Of a stretch of DNA of 64,000 nt, positions 1 through 9,720 are shown piece by piece. Source of the stretch: an uncultured Clostridia bacterium (GTDB lineage Bacteria > Bacillota > Clostridia > TANB77 > CAG-508). Within the stretch, counting starts at the first letter, position 1. Each line of letters opens with the position of its first letter. A program made the translations under genes and the position numbers. The notes beneath the pieces are model-generated. The model had not been told where the DNA came from. It did not search any database and worked only from the letters and a program-made list of their open reading frames with translations. Where the stretch lies: positions 350-64,349 of the forward strand of contig CANRNW010000004.1 in the NCBI GenBank assembly GCA_947632145.1, given 5' to 3'.

Positions 1-108
1 AAAGGAGCCATCTATGTGCAGACATCAGAGTATGGCGCAACCAAACAGCTTTGCCCATCTTGCGGAGGAAATTGCTATATTTCTGAAGCAAAGAAAAACG
101 AAGAATAA
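1..108 (+). CDS. 3' end of an unidentified CDS entering from the window edge; Cys-rich tail ...QLCPSCGGNCYISEAKKNEE*
   Basis: Frame 1 is open from base 1 to TAA at 106-108 and is followed by a perfect hairpin. The first 60 nt have 29/60 G+C, well above the surrounding AT-rich genes. Confidence 0.3.
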   Translation, partial: KGAIYVQTSEYGATKQLCPSCGGNCYISEAKKNEE

Positions 109-118
109 TTGAGCCAAC

Positions 119-150
119 AGAGTGCTTGCTTGTAAAATAGCAAGCACTCT
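119..150 (+). terminator. stem-loop after the partial CDS
   Basis: agagtgcttgc (119-129) pairs perfectly with gcaagcactct (140-150). There is no clear T-run. Confidence 0.4.
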
Positions 151-184
151 TGGTAATATATTGAAATAAAAGGAAGAATAAAAA

Positions 185-826
185 ATGACAACACTAATTA
201 TTTCTGGCGGAGATATTGAAGAAGAATTTTTAAAAATTTTTATAAAAAAGCAAAAAATAGATAAAATAATAGTTGCAGATAAGGGATTAGAAATATTAAA
301 TAAAATAAATTTAATTCCTAACTATATAATAGGAGATTTTGATTCTGTATGTGAAAGTATATTAAATAAACACAAGGAAAAAGATGTAGAAATACTAAAA
401 TTGAATCCTGAGAAAGATTATACAGATACACATATGGCATTAAAATTAGCAATAGAGTTAAAAAGTAATCAAATATACATATTGGGAGCATTAGGAAAAA
501 GAATGGATCATGCTATTGCAAATATTCATATATTAAAAGAAGCTTTAGATAATAATATAAGTTGTAAAATTGTGGATAAAAATAATGAAATAGAACTAAT
601 AACATCTGGAACAAACGAGTTAAAAAATTCAGAATATAAGTATATATCACTAATACCTTTAACAACTAATGTAACAGGTATAACATTAAAAGGTTTTAAA
701 TATTTATTAAATGATGCAACCTTAGAAATTGGACATAGTATAGGTGTAAGTAATGAAATAATCTCTGATAAAGCTGAAATTATTATAGATACTGGAATAT
801 TGATAATGATAAAGTCAAAAGATTAG
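185..826 (+). CDS. thiN: thiamine diphosphokinase
   Basis: 213 aa with N-terminal ISGGD, DKGL and IGDFDS motifs typical of the TPK family. The RBS aaggaag lies upstream. Confidence 0.8.
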   Translation: MTTLIISGGDIEEEFLKIFIKKQKIDKIIVADKGLEILNKINLIPNYIIGDFDSVCESILNKHKEKDVEILKLNPEKDYTDTHMALKLAIELKSNQIYILGALGKRMDHAIANIHILKEALDNNISCKIVDKNNEIELITSGTNELKNSEYKYISLIPLTTNVTGITLKGFKYLLNDATLEIGHSIGVSNEIISDKAEIIIDTGILIMIKSKD

Positions 827-871
827 AAATCACTTTTGTAAACTTTATCAATATATTAAAAAATAAATGCA

Positions 872-908
872 ACCGTGCTTCTTTAATTAAGAGGCACGGT
901 CATTTTTT
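872..908 (+). terminator. intrinsic terminator of thiN
   Basis: accgtgcttc / gaggcacggt stem followed by tttttt at 903-908. Confidence 0.7.
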
Positions 909-1081
909 CTATGCAACAAGATTAAGTTACCATGATTCGTGCATATTTGCGAAGCAAAATGCACATATGGCGAAGCCACTTTTTTGTAATTTATCAGTAG
1001 TTAATAAAGAAAAGTAAATAGTTAAAGCCCCCAGTATTGTACTAGGGGCCTTACTGATGCCATTTTGCTGTTTATTTTGTG

Positions 1082-1555
1082 TTAAAATTCAATTGAGATT
1101 TCCAAGCAGGCCATTCCTTCAAAATCAAAAATTTCAGCCGAAACTTCTGTATCTTCTGCTGCTTTAATAATGCAGTCATAAAGTGTTTCTACTGTCATAG
1201 GAGAATCACTCTCTTCTTTTGACTTTTTAGGATTGAACGTAAAGATAAGCCGATCATCTTCTTCATTAGCAAAATACGGAATATCACTATCTGTATCAAG
1301 ATAAACCTCACTGTCTTTAAGAATATAAATTTGAATGCTAAATTTGCTAATGAAAAGAGTCTGCGGATTGCTCAAGTATTCCTGAATTTTTGCATCTAAT
1401 GCAGGAATAATTCTCTCATTTAAGAGAGAATTTGCCTGATCTTGAAACCAAGAATCAGTAGGAGCCACAGAATCATTTTGGGGTCGACTCAAGCCGAATT
1501 TTTCTCTCAGATTGTCAAAGTCCTCTTGGTGCCGTCTTAAGCTTAAAAATGACAT
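1082..1555 (-). CDS. hypothetical protein, G+C-richer orphan (157 aa, acidic C-terminal half)
   Basis: The ORF-track frame was trimmed to the second Met (MSFLSLRR), which sits 8 nt after AAAGGAGGAG. I recognise no family motif. It contains two in-frame CGG codons (1250-1252 and 1532-1534 on the minus strand). Confidence 0.55.
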   Translation of the reverse strand: MSFLSLRRHQEDFDNLREKFGLSRPQNDSVAPTDSWFQDQANSLLNERIIPALDAKIQEYLSNPQTLFISKFSIQIYILKDSEVYLDTDSDIPYFANEEDDRLIFTFNPKKSKEESDSPMTVETLYDCIIKAAEDTEVSAEIFDFEGMACLEISIEF

Positions 1556-1650
1556 AAAATCTCCTCCTTTAAGAGACAAAATAATATCTACTTTCCGGAG
1601 GATACCCCCCGAAAAGAAACTTCCGGAAGGGTAATACCTTCACGTGAATA

Positions 1651-1679
1651 AGTATAGCATAGATTACATAAAATGTAAA
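1651..1679 (-). promoter_or_regulatory. candidate sigma-A promoter for the 1082-1555 gene
   Basis: On the minus strand: TTTACA, 17 nt, TATACT. Confidence 0.4.
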
Positions 1680-1687
1680 TAGAGGTA

Positions 1688-1719
1688 TTGACAAGTTAAA
1701 GTTTTAATACTATTATAAT
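1688..1719 (+). promoter_or_regulatory. candidate sigma-A promoter for mgtE
   Basis: TTGACA at 1688-1693, a 17-nt spacer, then TATTAT/TATAAT at 1711-1719. Confidence 0.5.
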
Positions 1720-1733
1720 ATATATTAAAATAT

Positions 1734-1773
1734 AAATCTTTAAGGGTACGTTTTAACGTGCCCTTAAAGATTT
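1734..1773 (+). promoter_or_regulatory. 17-bp leader hairpin in the mgtE 5' UTR
   Basis: aaatctttaagggtacg pairs with cgtgcccttaaagattt (one G-U pair) around a 6-nt loop, followed by an A/U-rich tract and the RBS. Confidence 0.5.
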
Positions 1774-1797
1774 ATATAATAAAGAGAGGTGCTGAAA

Positions 1798-3145
1798 ATG
1801 GAAGATAATAGTGTACAAGAAAAAATTGATGAACTATTAAACGCCAAAAGATTTGGAGATTTAAGAAATTTATTAGAAGATTTAAATAGCACTGACTTGT
1901 CGCTATTATTAAACGACTTTTCAGTAGAAAATATGATATTGATTTTTAGACTATTAAGCAAGGATCAAGCTGCGGAAACATTTTCATATATGGAACCAGA
2001 ATTGCAAGAAAAACTAATAGCTTCTTTAACAGATAAAGAATTAAAAGAAGTGGTAGATGAATTGTTTTTAGATGATACAGTAGATTTGATTGAAGAAATG
2101 CCATCAAATGTTGTTAAGAGAATACTTAGAACTATTACACCTTCAGAGAGAAAAATAGTAAATGAATTTTTAAATTATCCATCAGATAGTGCACGGAAGT
2201 ATTATGACAAATGAATTTGTAGACTTAAAGGAAAATATGACAGTAGATGAAGCTTTTCAAGAAATTAAAAAGATAGGTATAGATAAGGAAACTATTTATA
2301 CTTGCTATGTGTTGAATATGAGCAGAAAACTAATAGGAGTGGTTACTGCAAAAGATTTATTATTGGCAGATAGAGATAAGTTAATAAAAGATATTATGGA
2401 TACAAATATAATTTCTGTAAATACATTAGAAGATAAAGAATTTGTTGCAAAAACATTTGATAAATATGACATTATAGTTTTACCTGTTGTAGATATGGAA
2501 AATAGACTAGTAGGAATTATAACAATAGATGATGCTATAGATGTAATTCAAGACGAAAACACAGAAGATTTTACAAAAATGGCTGCTATTACTCCAACAG
2601 ATGATAATTATTTTAAAACATCAGTATTTTCACATGCTAAACATAGAATAATATGGCTACTTGTACTTATGCTTTCTTCTATGATAACAGGAGGAATAAT
2701 TACAAATTATGAAAATGCATTTGCGGCAATTCCTATATTAGTTTCATTTATTCCAATGTTAATGGATACAGGTGGAAATTGTGGCTCACAAAGTTCTACA
2801 TTAATAATTCGTGGACTAGCTATGGATGAAATAAAAACAAAAGATTTATTTAGGGCATTATGGAAAGAAGTAAGAATTGCACTAATAGTTGGAATAATTC
2901 TAGCTGTAATAAATGCAATAAGAATACAAATACAATATAATAATTTAAAGTTAGGTATAGTTGTAGGAATTGCTTTAGTTGCAACTGTTATACTTGCAAA
3001 ATCACTAGGATGTATACTACCAATGTTAGCTAAAAAGTTAAAATTAGATCCAGCAATAATGGCGGCACCTATTATTACAACTATTGTAGATAGTTGTTCT
3101 GTGTTGATATTTTTTAATGTTGCTGTGATGATTTTGCATATATAA
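1798..3145 (+). CDS. mgtE: magnesium transporter MgtE; one continuous frame only if C2194 is skipped (+1) at in-frame CGG 2194-2196
   Basis: N-domain, CBS pair and C-terminal TM domain (MDTGGNCGSQSS). The two track ORFs (1789-2214 and 2189-3145) join as DSA-G-SIMTNEF. Confidence 0.85.
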
Positions 3146-3159
3146 TTAAAGGAGGAAGT

Positions 3160-4035
3160 ATGCTAGATGAATGTTGCCTATGTGCTCATAGGTGTAAGGT
3201 TGATAGATTAAATGGAAAGATTGGAAGATGTAAGTGCACAGATAAAGTAAAAATAGCACTTGTATCATTGCATATGTTTGAAGAACCTTGCATAAGTGGA
3301 GAAAACGGCTCTGGGACAATATTTTTTTCTAATTGTAATTTAAATTGTAAGTTTTGCCAAAATTATAAAATAAGCCAATTAGGTAAAGGTAAAGAAATAA
3401 CTGTAAAAGAATTAGCAGATATTTTTATTGAACAACAAGAAAAGAAAGCGGAAAATATAAATTTAGTAACGCCAACAATGTATGTTTATCAAATAATTGA
3501 GGCAATAAAAATTGCAAGAGAAAACGGATTACATATTCCAATAGTGTATAATACAAATTCTTATGAAACAGTGGAAACAATAAAACTTTTAAATGGTTAT
3601 GTTGATATATATTTACCAGATTTAAAATATTATAATGATGATATTGCGTACAAATACTCTAAAATAAATAATTATTTTGAAACTGCAACTAGTGCCATAC
3701 AAGAAATGTACAATCAAGTAGGTACACCTATTTTAGATGAATTTGGAATGATGAAAAAAGGCTTAATGATAAGACATTTAGTATTACCTAATAATATAGA
3801 TAATTCTAAAAAAGTTTTAAAATGGATAAAAGATAATTTAGATAATAATGTGTATGTTAGTGTAATGGCACAATACTTTCCAACATACTTGGCGAAAGAA
3901 GATGAAACTATAAATAGAAAACTAACCAAAGATGAGTATGAACAAATAGAAAGTTATCTATATAGTTTAGATTTAGATAATGGATATATTCAGGAACTTG
4001 GAGAACACGAAGAAGAATATGTACCAGATTTTTAG
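3160..4035 (+). CDS. radical SAM protein, PflX-like (pyruvate formate-lyase activase family)
   Basis: [10 protein letters not shown] (CxxxCxxC) cluster and a 291-aa architecture typical of PflX-type enzymes. Confidence 0.7.
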   Translation: MLDECCLCAHRCKVDRLNGKIGRCKCTDKVKIALVSLHMFEEPCISGENGSGTIFFSNCNLNCKFCQNYKISQLGKGKEITVKELADIFIEQQEKKAENINLVTPTMYVYQIIEAIKIARENGLHIPIVYNTNSYETVETIKLLNGYVDIYLPDLKYYNDDIAYKYSKINNYFETATSAIQEMYNQVGTPILDEFGMMKKGLMIRHLVLPNNIDNSKKVLKWIKDNLDNNVYVSVMAQYFPTYLAKEDETINRKLTKDEYEQIESYLYSLDLDNGYIQELGEHEEEYVPDF

Positions 4036-4106
4036 GTGTTTACAAATACATAAATTTAATATATAATATACTAATATTATTGATATTGCAAAGGAGATTT
4101 AAAACT

Positions 4107-5594
4107 ATGGAAAACAACGAAAATATAGAAGAAGTAGACTTAAACCAATTGATGAAAATAAGAAGAGAAAAATTAGAAGAATTACAAGCAAATGGACAAG
4201 ATCCATTCGAGATAACAAAATTTAATAGAACTCATCTAAGCCAAGAAATTAGAGATAATTATGATGAATTAGAACAAAAAGATGTAACAGTAGCAGGAAG
4301 AATTATAGCAAAAAGAATTATGGGGAAAGCATCATTTTGTACAATACAGGATAGCACAGGAAAAATACAAAGTTATGTAAGTATAAATGATTTAGGAGAA
4401 GAAAGCTATAAATTATTCAAAACATATGACATAGGAGATATTATAGGTATTACAGGATTTGTATTTAAAACAAGAACAGAAGAAATATCTGTACATGCAA
4501 AAGAAGTTACTTTACTTACAAAATCTTTAAGACCATTACCAGAGAAATTCCATGGATTAAAAGATACAGATTTAAGATATAGACAAAGATATGTAGATTT
4601 AATAGTAAATCCAGAAGTAAAAAGTACATTTGAATTAAGAAGCAAAATAATTAAGGAAGTAAGAAAATATTTAGATAATAAAGGGTATTTAGAAGTAGAT
4701 ACACCTATATTAAACACAATAGCTGGTGGAGCTGCAGCAAGACCATTTATTACACATCATAATACATTAGATATAAATATGTATTTAAGAATTGCCAATG
4801 AATTATACTTAAAAAGATTGATTGTTGGTGGATTTGATAAAGTATATGAAATGGGAAGAATGTTTAGAAATGAAGGAATGGATATAAAACATAATCCAGA
4901 ATTTACAAACATAGAATTATACTCAGCTTACGAAGATTACAACGATATGATGGATTTAACAGAAGATTTAGTTAGAACAGTAGCACAAAATGTATTAGGA
5001 ACAACAAATATAAATTATCAAGGAACAGATATAGATTTAACATCAAAATGGAAAAGAATTAGTATGATAGATGCTATAAAGGAAGCAACTGGAATAGATT
5101 TTGAAAAAATTGAATCTGATGAAGAAGCAACTAAAGTTGCAAAAGAAGCTGGGTTAGAAGTTGAAGGTATAGTAGCAAGAGGTAATATAATAAATTTAAT
5201 GTTTGAAGAAAAAGTGGAAGCTACTCTAATTCAACCAACATTTATATATGATTACCCAATTGAAGTATCACCATTAACTAAAAAGAAAAAATCAGATCCA
5301 AGATTAACAGAAAGATTTGAAATTTTCATTGGCGGTAGAGAATATGGAAATGCATATTCTGAATTAAATGATCCAATAGACCAATATGAAAGATTTAAAA
5401 AACAAGTAGAATTAAGGGATGCTGGTGATGAAGAAGCAAATATGATGGATGAAGATTTCATAAATGCACTAGAATATGGAATGCCACCAACAGGAGGATT
5501 AGGAATAGGAATAGATAGATTGATAATGTTACTTACAGATTCTGCATCAATAAGAGATGTACTATTATTCCCAACAATGAAACCATTAGTATAG
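4107..5594 (+). CDS. lysS: lysine--tRNA ligase, class II
   Basis: OB-fold N-domain and class II motifs ([15 protein letters not shown]). The start was moved to the ATG after AAGGAG. Confidence 0.9.
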   Translation: MENNENIEEVDLNQLMKIRREKLEELQANGQDPFEITKFNRTHLSQEIRDNYDELEQKDVTVAGRIIAKRIMGKASFCTIQDSTGKIQSYVSINDLGEESYKLFKTYDIGDIIGITGFVFKTRTEEISVHAKEVTLLTKSLRPLPEKFHGLKDTDLRYRQRYVDLIVNPEVKSTFELRSKIIKEVRKYLDNKGYLEVDTPILNTIAGGAAARPFITHHNTLDINMYLRIANELYLKRLIVGGFDKVYEMGRMFRNEGMDIKHNPEFTNIELYSAYEDYNDMMDLTEDLVRTVAQNVLGTTNINYQGTDIDLTSKWKRISMIDAIKEATGIDFEKIESDEEATKVAKEAGLEVEGIVARGNIINLMFEEKVEATLIQPTFIYDYPIEVSPLTKKKKSDPRLTERFEIFIGGREYGNAYSELNDPIDQYERFKKQVELRDAGDEEANMMDEDFINALEYGMPPTGGLGIGIDRLIMLLTDSASIRDVLLFPTMKPLV

Positions 5595-5600
5595 GACATT

Positions 5601-5633
5601 AAAAAGAGTTGATAGTAAATTATCAACTCTTTT
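5601..5633 (+). terminator. lysS intrinsic terminator
   Basis: agagttgata / tatcaactct stem followed by ttt. Confidence 0.6.
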
Positions 5634-5750
5634 ATAGTATAAATCCACGGGAAGAATCATTGCACGAAGTTGACATAAATCAATGAACATGATAGAATAT
5701 ATAGCGTAAAAATAAGTGTATTGTAAGTAATATAATGATAAGGAGATATT

Positions 5751-7260
5751 ATGAAAGAAGCTTTAAAAAAAGTTGGAATTATACTATTAATTTTTGTAAT
5801 AATGTTAACATTTACAGAAATAACTGTTATTGGAATAAACAGTCGGAGAAACTAGTAAAAATGATGGAAAAATATTAGAAATAAAATCATTAACACAAAA
5901 GTATCTAAGCAATCAAAATATAGTTTCACTATACTGTTGGGATATAGATGATTTTAATATATCAAAATTAAAAATAGAAATTGATTATTTAGGAATAAAT
6001 ACTTTATATATTCAAAGACCAGCTAATGATAATCAAATTAATAGATTAAAAGAGATTATGGAATTTGCAAAAGAATATAACTTAGATGTATTTTTATTAG
6101 ATGGCGCAAGAGATTGGTTAACTGAAGGAGATATGAATAATGCAATAAATGTAATAAATGAAGCAAATGAGTTAAATAAAATTTTAGACTATAAATTAAA
6201 AGGTGTTAGTTTAGATATTGAATTTTATTTAACAGATGAGTATCAAGAGGCAGCGAATGAAGATAATGTAGACAAAGAATTATTATTATTTAAACAATTT
6301 ACAGAAAACACAAAGAAATGTTGCGATTATGCAGAAAGCCTTGGATTAAAATATTCAATGGCTCTTCCAGTATGGTTAGACAAATTATCAGAAGAAGTAT
6401 TAGAAGATTTAATGAATTATAACTATGATCATATTGCTTTTATGAATTATTTTAAAGAAACAATTATGGAAAATATGGATCAAGAAGTAGAAATAGCCAA
6501 AAAACATAATATAAAAATAGTATCAATAGCAGAAGTTCAAGATCCAAAATTTGGAACAGTTGGAGAAGAAGATACTTTTTATAATGAAGGATTAGAAAAA
6601 TGTATAAACACATTGAATGCTATTAAACAAAAATATAATTACAAAAACTTAGGAATATCTTATCATTACTATAAACCTCTTTTACCATTATTAGAAAGAG
6701 ATACAGATGTAGGAATCGAAAATGTATATGAATTACAAATATTCCCTTATATAAATGAAACTAATATTATGGTAGATAAAGCACAAATAAGTGAAAACGG
6801 TAATAAATTTGAACCAATTTATATTAATAATAGTGAATTAAATAAAAATACCGTTATTTTCTATGGACTAGAATATGGAAAGCAGTATGAATTAAAAATT
6901 GAAAGTGGAAATTATTCAATTACTAAAACTTTTACATATCAAAAAGGTGATGATATTTTCAATGAACTAGAAATTGCCTATATAGATATAATGCTAGAAG
7001 AAACAAAGCCAAGTGAAGACAAACCAAGCAAAGATACACAGGTAACTGATAGCCCAAGTAAAGAAGATTCTAGCAAAAAAGACAAAGAAGGAGAAAGCAT
7101 TTTAGAAAAAAATAAGACAAGTGAAGAAGAAATATTACCAGATAAATTACCACAAACAGGTGATACTAATTTGCCACGAATTATATTAGTTACAGTAATA
7201 GTTTTAACAACAATAGTTGATGGAATATTAATCTATAAAATGCATAAAATCACTATATAA
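5751..7260 (+). CDS. LPXTG-anchored surface protein with TIM-barrel-like central domain; signal-peptide exon joins the body only by +1 at CGG 5844-5846
   Basis: ATG 5751 follows AGGAG and encodes MKEALKKVGIILLIFVIMLTF. The C-terminus has LPQTG plus a hydrophobic segment and KMHK. Skipping C5844 is in frame with track ORF 6058-7260. Confidence 0.7.
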
Positions 7261-7278
7261 ATTTGATTAATAAATGGA

Positions 7279-7315
7279 AAAAATGATGATTTATATAAAA
7301 AATCATCATTTTTTA
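7279..7315 (+). terminator. intrinsic terminator
   Basis: aaaaatgatgatt / aatcatcattttt stem with a T-run. Confidence 0.7.
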
Positions 7316-7393
7316 GATTTTAAACTGACCAATCAGTACAATTACTTTTTTTGCCATTTTATGATATAAATTACAATGGTAGGTGATATTTAA

Positions 7394-9097
7394 ATGTGCG
7401 AAATGGAGATTACTGACTTAAAAGATATGTTACAAAAAACGAATGATTTATATGCAGAAAAAACAGCATATAAAATTAGAATAGAAAAAGAAAAATATAT
7501 AACTTTTACACATAATGAAGTTAGAAATATGGTAGATGCTTTAGGAACAGCACTTATAAATTTAGGATTAAAAGGAAAAAGAATAGCAGTTATAGGAGAA
7601 AATAGATATGAATGGGAAATATCATATTTATCTATTGTTTGTGGAACAGGAATAGTAGTACCATTAGATAAATCATTAACTGAAAGTGAGTTAAAAAGGT
7701 TAATACAAAAATCAGAAGTTGAAGCAATATTTTGTTCACACAAATATATTGAAACATTAGAAAAAATAAAGAATAGTGAAGAGGGAAAACTAAAGTTAAA
7801 GCATCTAATTTCAATGGATTTAGAAGAAAATTCAAATGGAATATTTTCACAAAAAGAATTAATAAAAGTAGGAAAAAAGTTAATTGAAAATGGAGATCGC
7901 AGTTTTATAGATGCAAAGATAAATCCAGAAGAGATGAGTATAATGTTATTCACATCAGGAACTACTTCACAACCTAAAATAGTTGCTCTATCACATAGAA
8001 ATATTTGCTCAAATTTAATGGATATTGGAAGTATATTAGATATAAATTCAGATGATACATTGCTATCAGTTCTTCCAATACATCACGTTTTTGAATGTAC
8101 AGTAGGATTCTTATTAGCGTATTACAAGGGTGCAACAACAGTATTTTGCGATGGAATAAGACATATTACAGAAAATTTAAAAGAATATAATGTAACAGTA
8201 ATGGCATGTGTTCCAGCAATTTATGAAGGAATATTCAAAAATATAAAAAATAAGTTAGCTAAAGAAGGAAAACTTGAAGAATTACTTAATATTGAAGAGA
8301 AATATAAAAATAAAACAATGGAAGAAAGAAAAAATGCTTTTAAGGAAATCCATGATATGCTAGGAGGAAAAATTAAATTATTCATAAGTGGAGCAGCAGC
8401 ATTAGATAGTAAAATAGAAGAAGAATATAGATTATTAGGCTTTAACCTAGTACAAGGATATGGTTTAACAGAAACATCACCAGTTGTTGCAGTAGGAACA
8501 AACAAATACAATAGAATAGGTTCAATAGGAAAAGCTGTTCCAAGTGTTCAAGCAAAATTAATAGATATAAACAATGAAGGAATGGGAGAACTTGTAGTTA
8601 AAGGACCTAGTATAATGATGGGATATTTTGAAAATCCTGAAGCAACAAATGAAGTTTTACAAGATGGATGGTTTAAAACTGGTGATTTAGCAAAAATAGA
8701 TGATGAAGGTTACATATTTATATGTGGAAGAAAGAAAAGTGTAATTGTTCTAAAAAATGGTAAAAACATATTCCCAGAAGAAATAGAAAATTTAGTTAAT
8801 AGAATTGAAGGAATAACAGAATCATTTGTATTTGGAAAGCAAATGTCAAATGATGAAAATGATATAAAAATAAATGTAAAAGCAGTTATAAATAAAGAAA
8901 GAATAAAAGAGGCTTATAAAGTAGAGACTGAAGAAGAAATTTATAAAGCAATAACCAATAAAATTAAAAGTATAAACAAATTTATGCCACAATATAAAGC
9001 TATAAGAGGAATTATTTTAACAGAAGAACCACTAATTAAAACTACAACAAACAAAATTAAAAGGCAGGAGAATTTAGATGCAATTAATAGGGCTTAA
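7394..9097 (+). CDS. AMP-dependent long-chain acyl-CoA synthetase/ligase
   Basis: TSGTTSQPK AMP-binding motif plus GYGLTE and GWFKTGD motifs. Confidence 0.8.
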   Translation: MCEMEITDLKDMLQKTNDLYAEKTAYKIRIEKEKYITFTHNEVRNMVDALGTALINLGLKGKRIAVIGENRYEWEISYLSIVCGTGIVVPLDKSLTESELKRLIQKSEVEAIFCSHKYIETLEKIKNSEEGKLKLKHLISMDLEENSNGIFSQKELIKVGKKLIENGDRSFIDAKINPEEMSIMLFTSGTTSQPKIVALSHRNICSNLMDIGSILDINSDDTLLSVLPIHHVFECTVGFLLAYYKGATTVFCDGIRHITENLKEYNVTVMACVPAIYEGIFKNIKNKLAKEGKLEELLNIEEKYKNKTMEERKNAFKEIHDMLGGKIKLFISGAAALDSKIEEEYRLLGFNLVQGYGLTETSPVVAVGTNKYNRIGSIGKAVPSVQAKLIDINNEGMGELVVKGPSIMMGYFENPEATNEVLQDGWFKTGDLAKIDDEGYIFICGRKKSVIVLKNGKNIFPEEIENLVNRIEGITESFVFGKQMSNDENDIKINVKAVINKERIKEAYKVETEEEIYKAITNKIKSINKFMPQYKAIRGIILTEEPLIKTTTNKIKRQENLDAINRA

Positions 9098-9653
9098 TAC
9101 TGAACTTTTAGGAAAAAACTGTATACATTACGAAGAAATAGATTCAACTCAAAATAGAATTTGGAAATTATATGAAGAAAATGCACCAAGTGGAACTTTA
9201 GTTATAGCAGATAAACAGACAGCAGGAATAGGTACACATGGTAGAGTTTGGTACACAGATGAAGAAAATAATGTTGCAATGTCTATTTTAATAAAAACAG
9301 AGTGTGAAGTATCACAAACAGAAGGATTAACAATTGAAATTGCAAAAGTAATTGTTAAAATTATGAAAGAAAAGTACAATATTTCATTAAGTATAAAAGA
9401 ACCAAATGACATAGTTTGCCATGGTAAAAAAATTGCTGGAATTCTAACACAAAGCAAAGTAGTCAAAAATATAGTAAAATGCTTAGTGATAGGAATTGGT
9501 ATAAATACAATGCAACAAGTATTTGCAGATGAAATAAAAAATAGTGCATCATCAATAAAAAATGAATTTGATGTAGAAATAGATTCTAAGGAATTTATAG
9601 TAGAATTCTGTAATGAATTTGAAAAAGAATTGAAAAATCGCAAAATAATTTAA
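9078..9653 (+). CDS. birA: biotin--[acetyl-CoA-carboxylase] ligase, catalytic domain only
   Basis: EIDSTQ, QTAGIGTHGRVW and KIAGIL motifs. It sits at the head of the acc/fab cluster. Confidence 0.7.
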   Translation: MQLIGLNTELLGKNCIHYEEIDSTQNRIWKLYEENAPSGTLVIADKQTAGIGTHGRVWYTDEENNVAMSILIKTECEVSQTEGLTIEIAKVIVKIMKEKYNISLSIKEPNDIVCHGKKIAGILTQSKVVKNIVKCLVIGIGINTMQQVFADEIKNSASSIKNEFDVEIDSKEFIVEFCNEFEKELKNRKII

Positions 9654-9720
9654 GAAATGATGCTATTGTTATTTTGCATATCACATAGTGGCGCTGATTG
9701 TGCTAAAAAAGGAGGAAAAT

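Noticed and set aside
14-112. 32-codon ORF starting after AAAGGAG at the window edge, as a definite small gene
   Set aside because: It overlaps an equally plausible frame-1 continuation of an upstream gene, and this cannot be resolved without sequence beyond the window. It is kept only as an ambiguity.
1688-1797. M-box riboswitch upstream of mgtE
   Set aside because: The leader is too short and shows only one hairpin. None of the multi-helix M-box architecture is visible.
4036-4106. T-box leader upstream of lysS
   Set aside because: The spacer is only about 70 nt and has no specifier or antiterminator structure.
7390-7953. Long antisense ORFs in the track (for example 7390-7953, 11653-12240, 13290-13709, 16136-16621, 17855-18298, 25489-25944, 28344-28862, all on the minus strand)
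   Set aside because: Each lies fully inside a well-supported gene on the opposite strand, lacks an RBS and has low-complexity Leu/Phe/Ile/Ser-rich translations typical of antisense frames.
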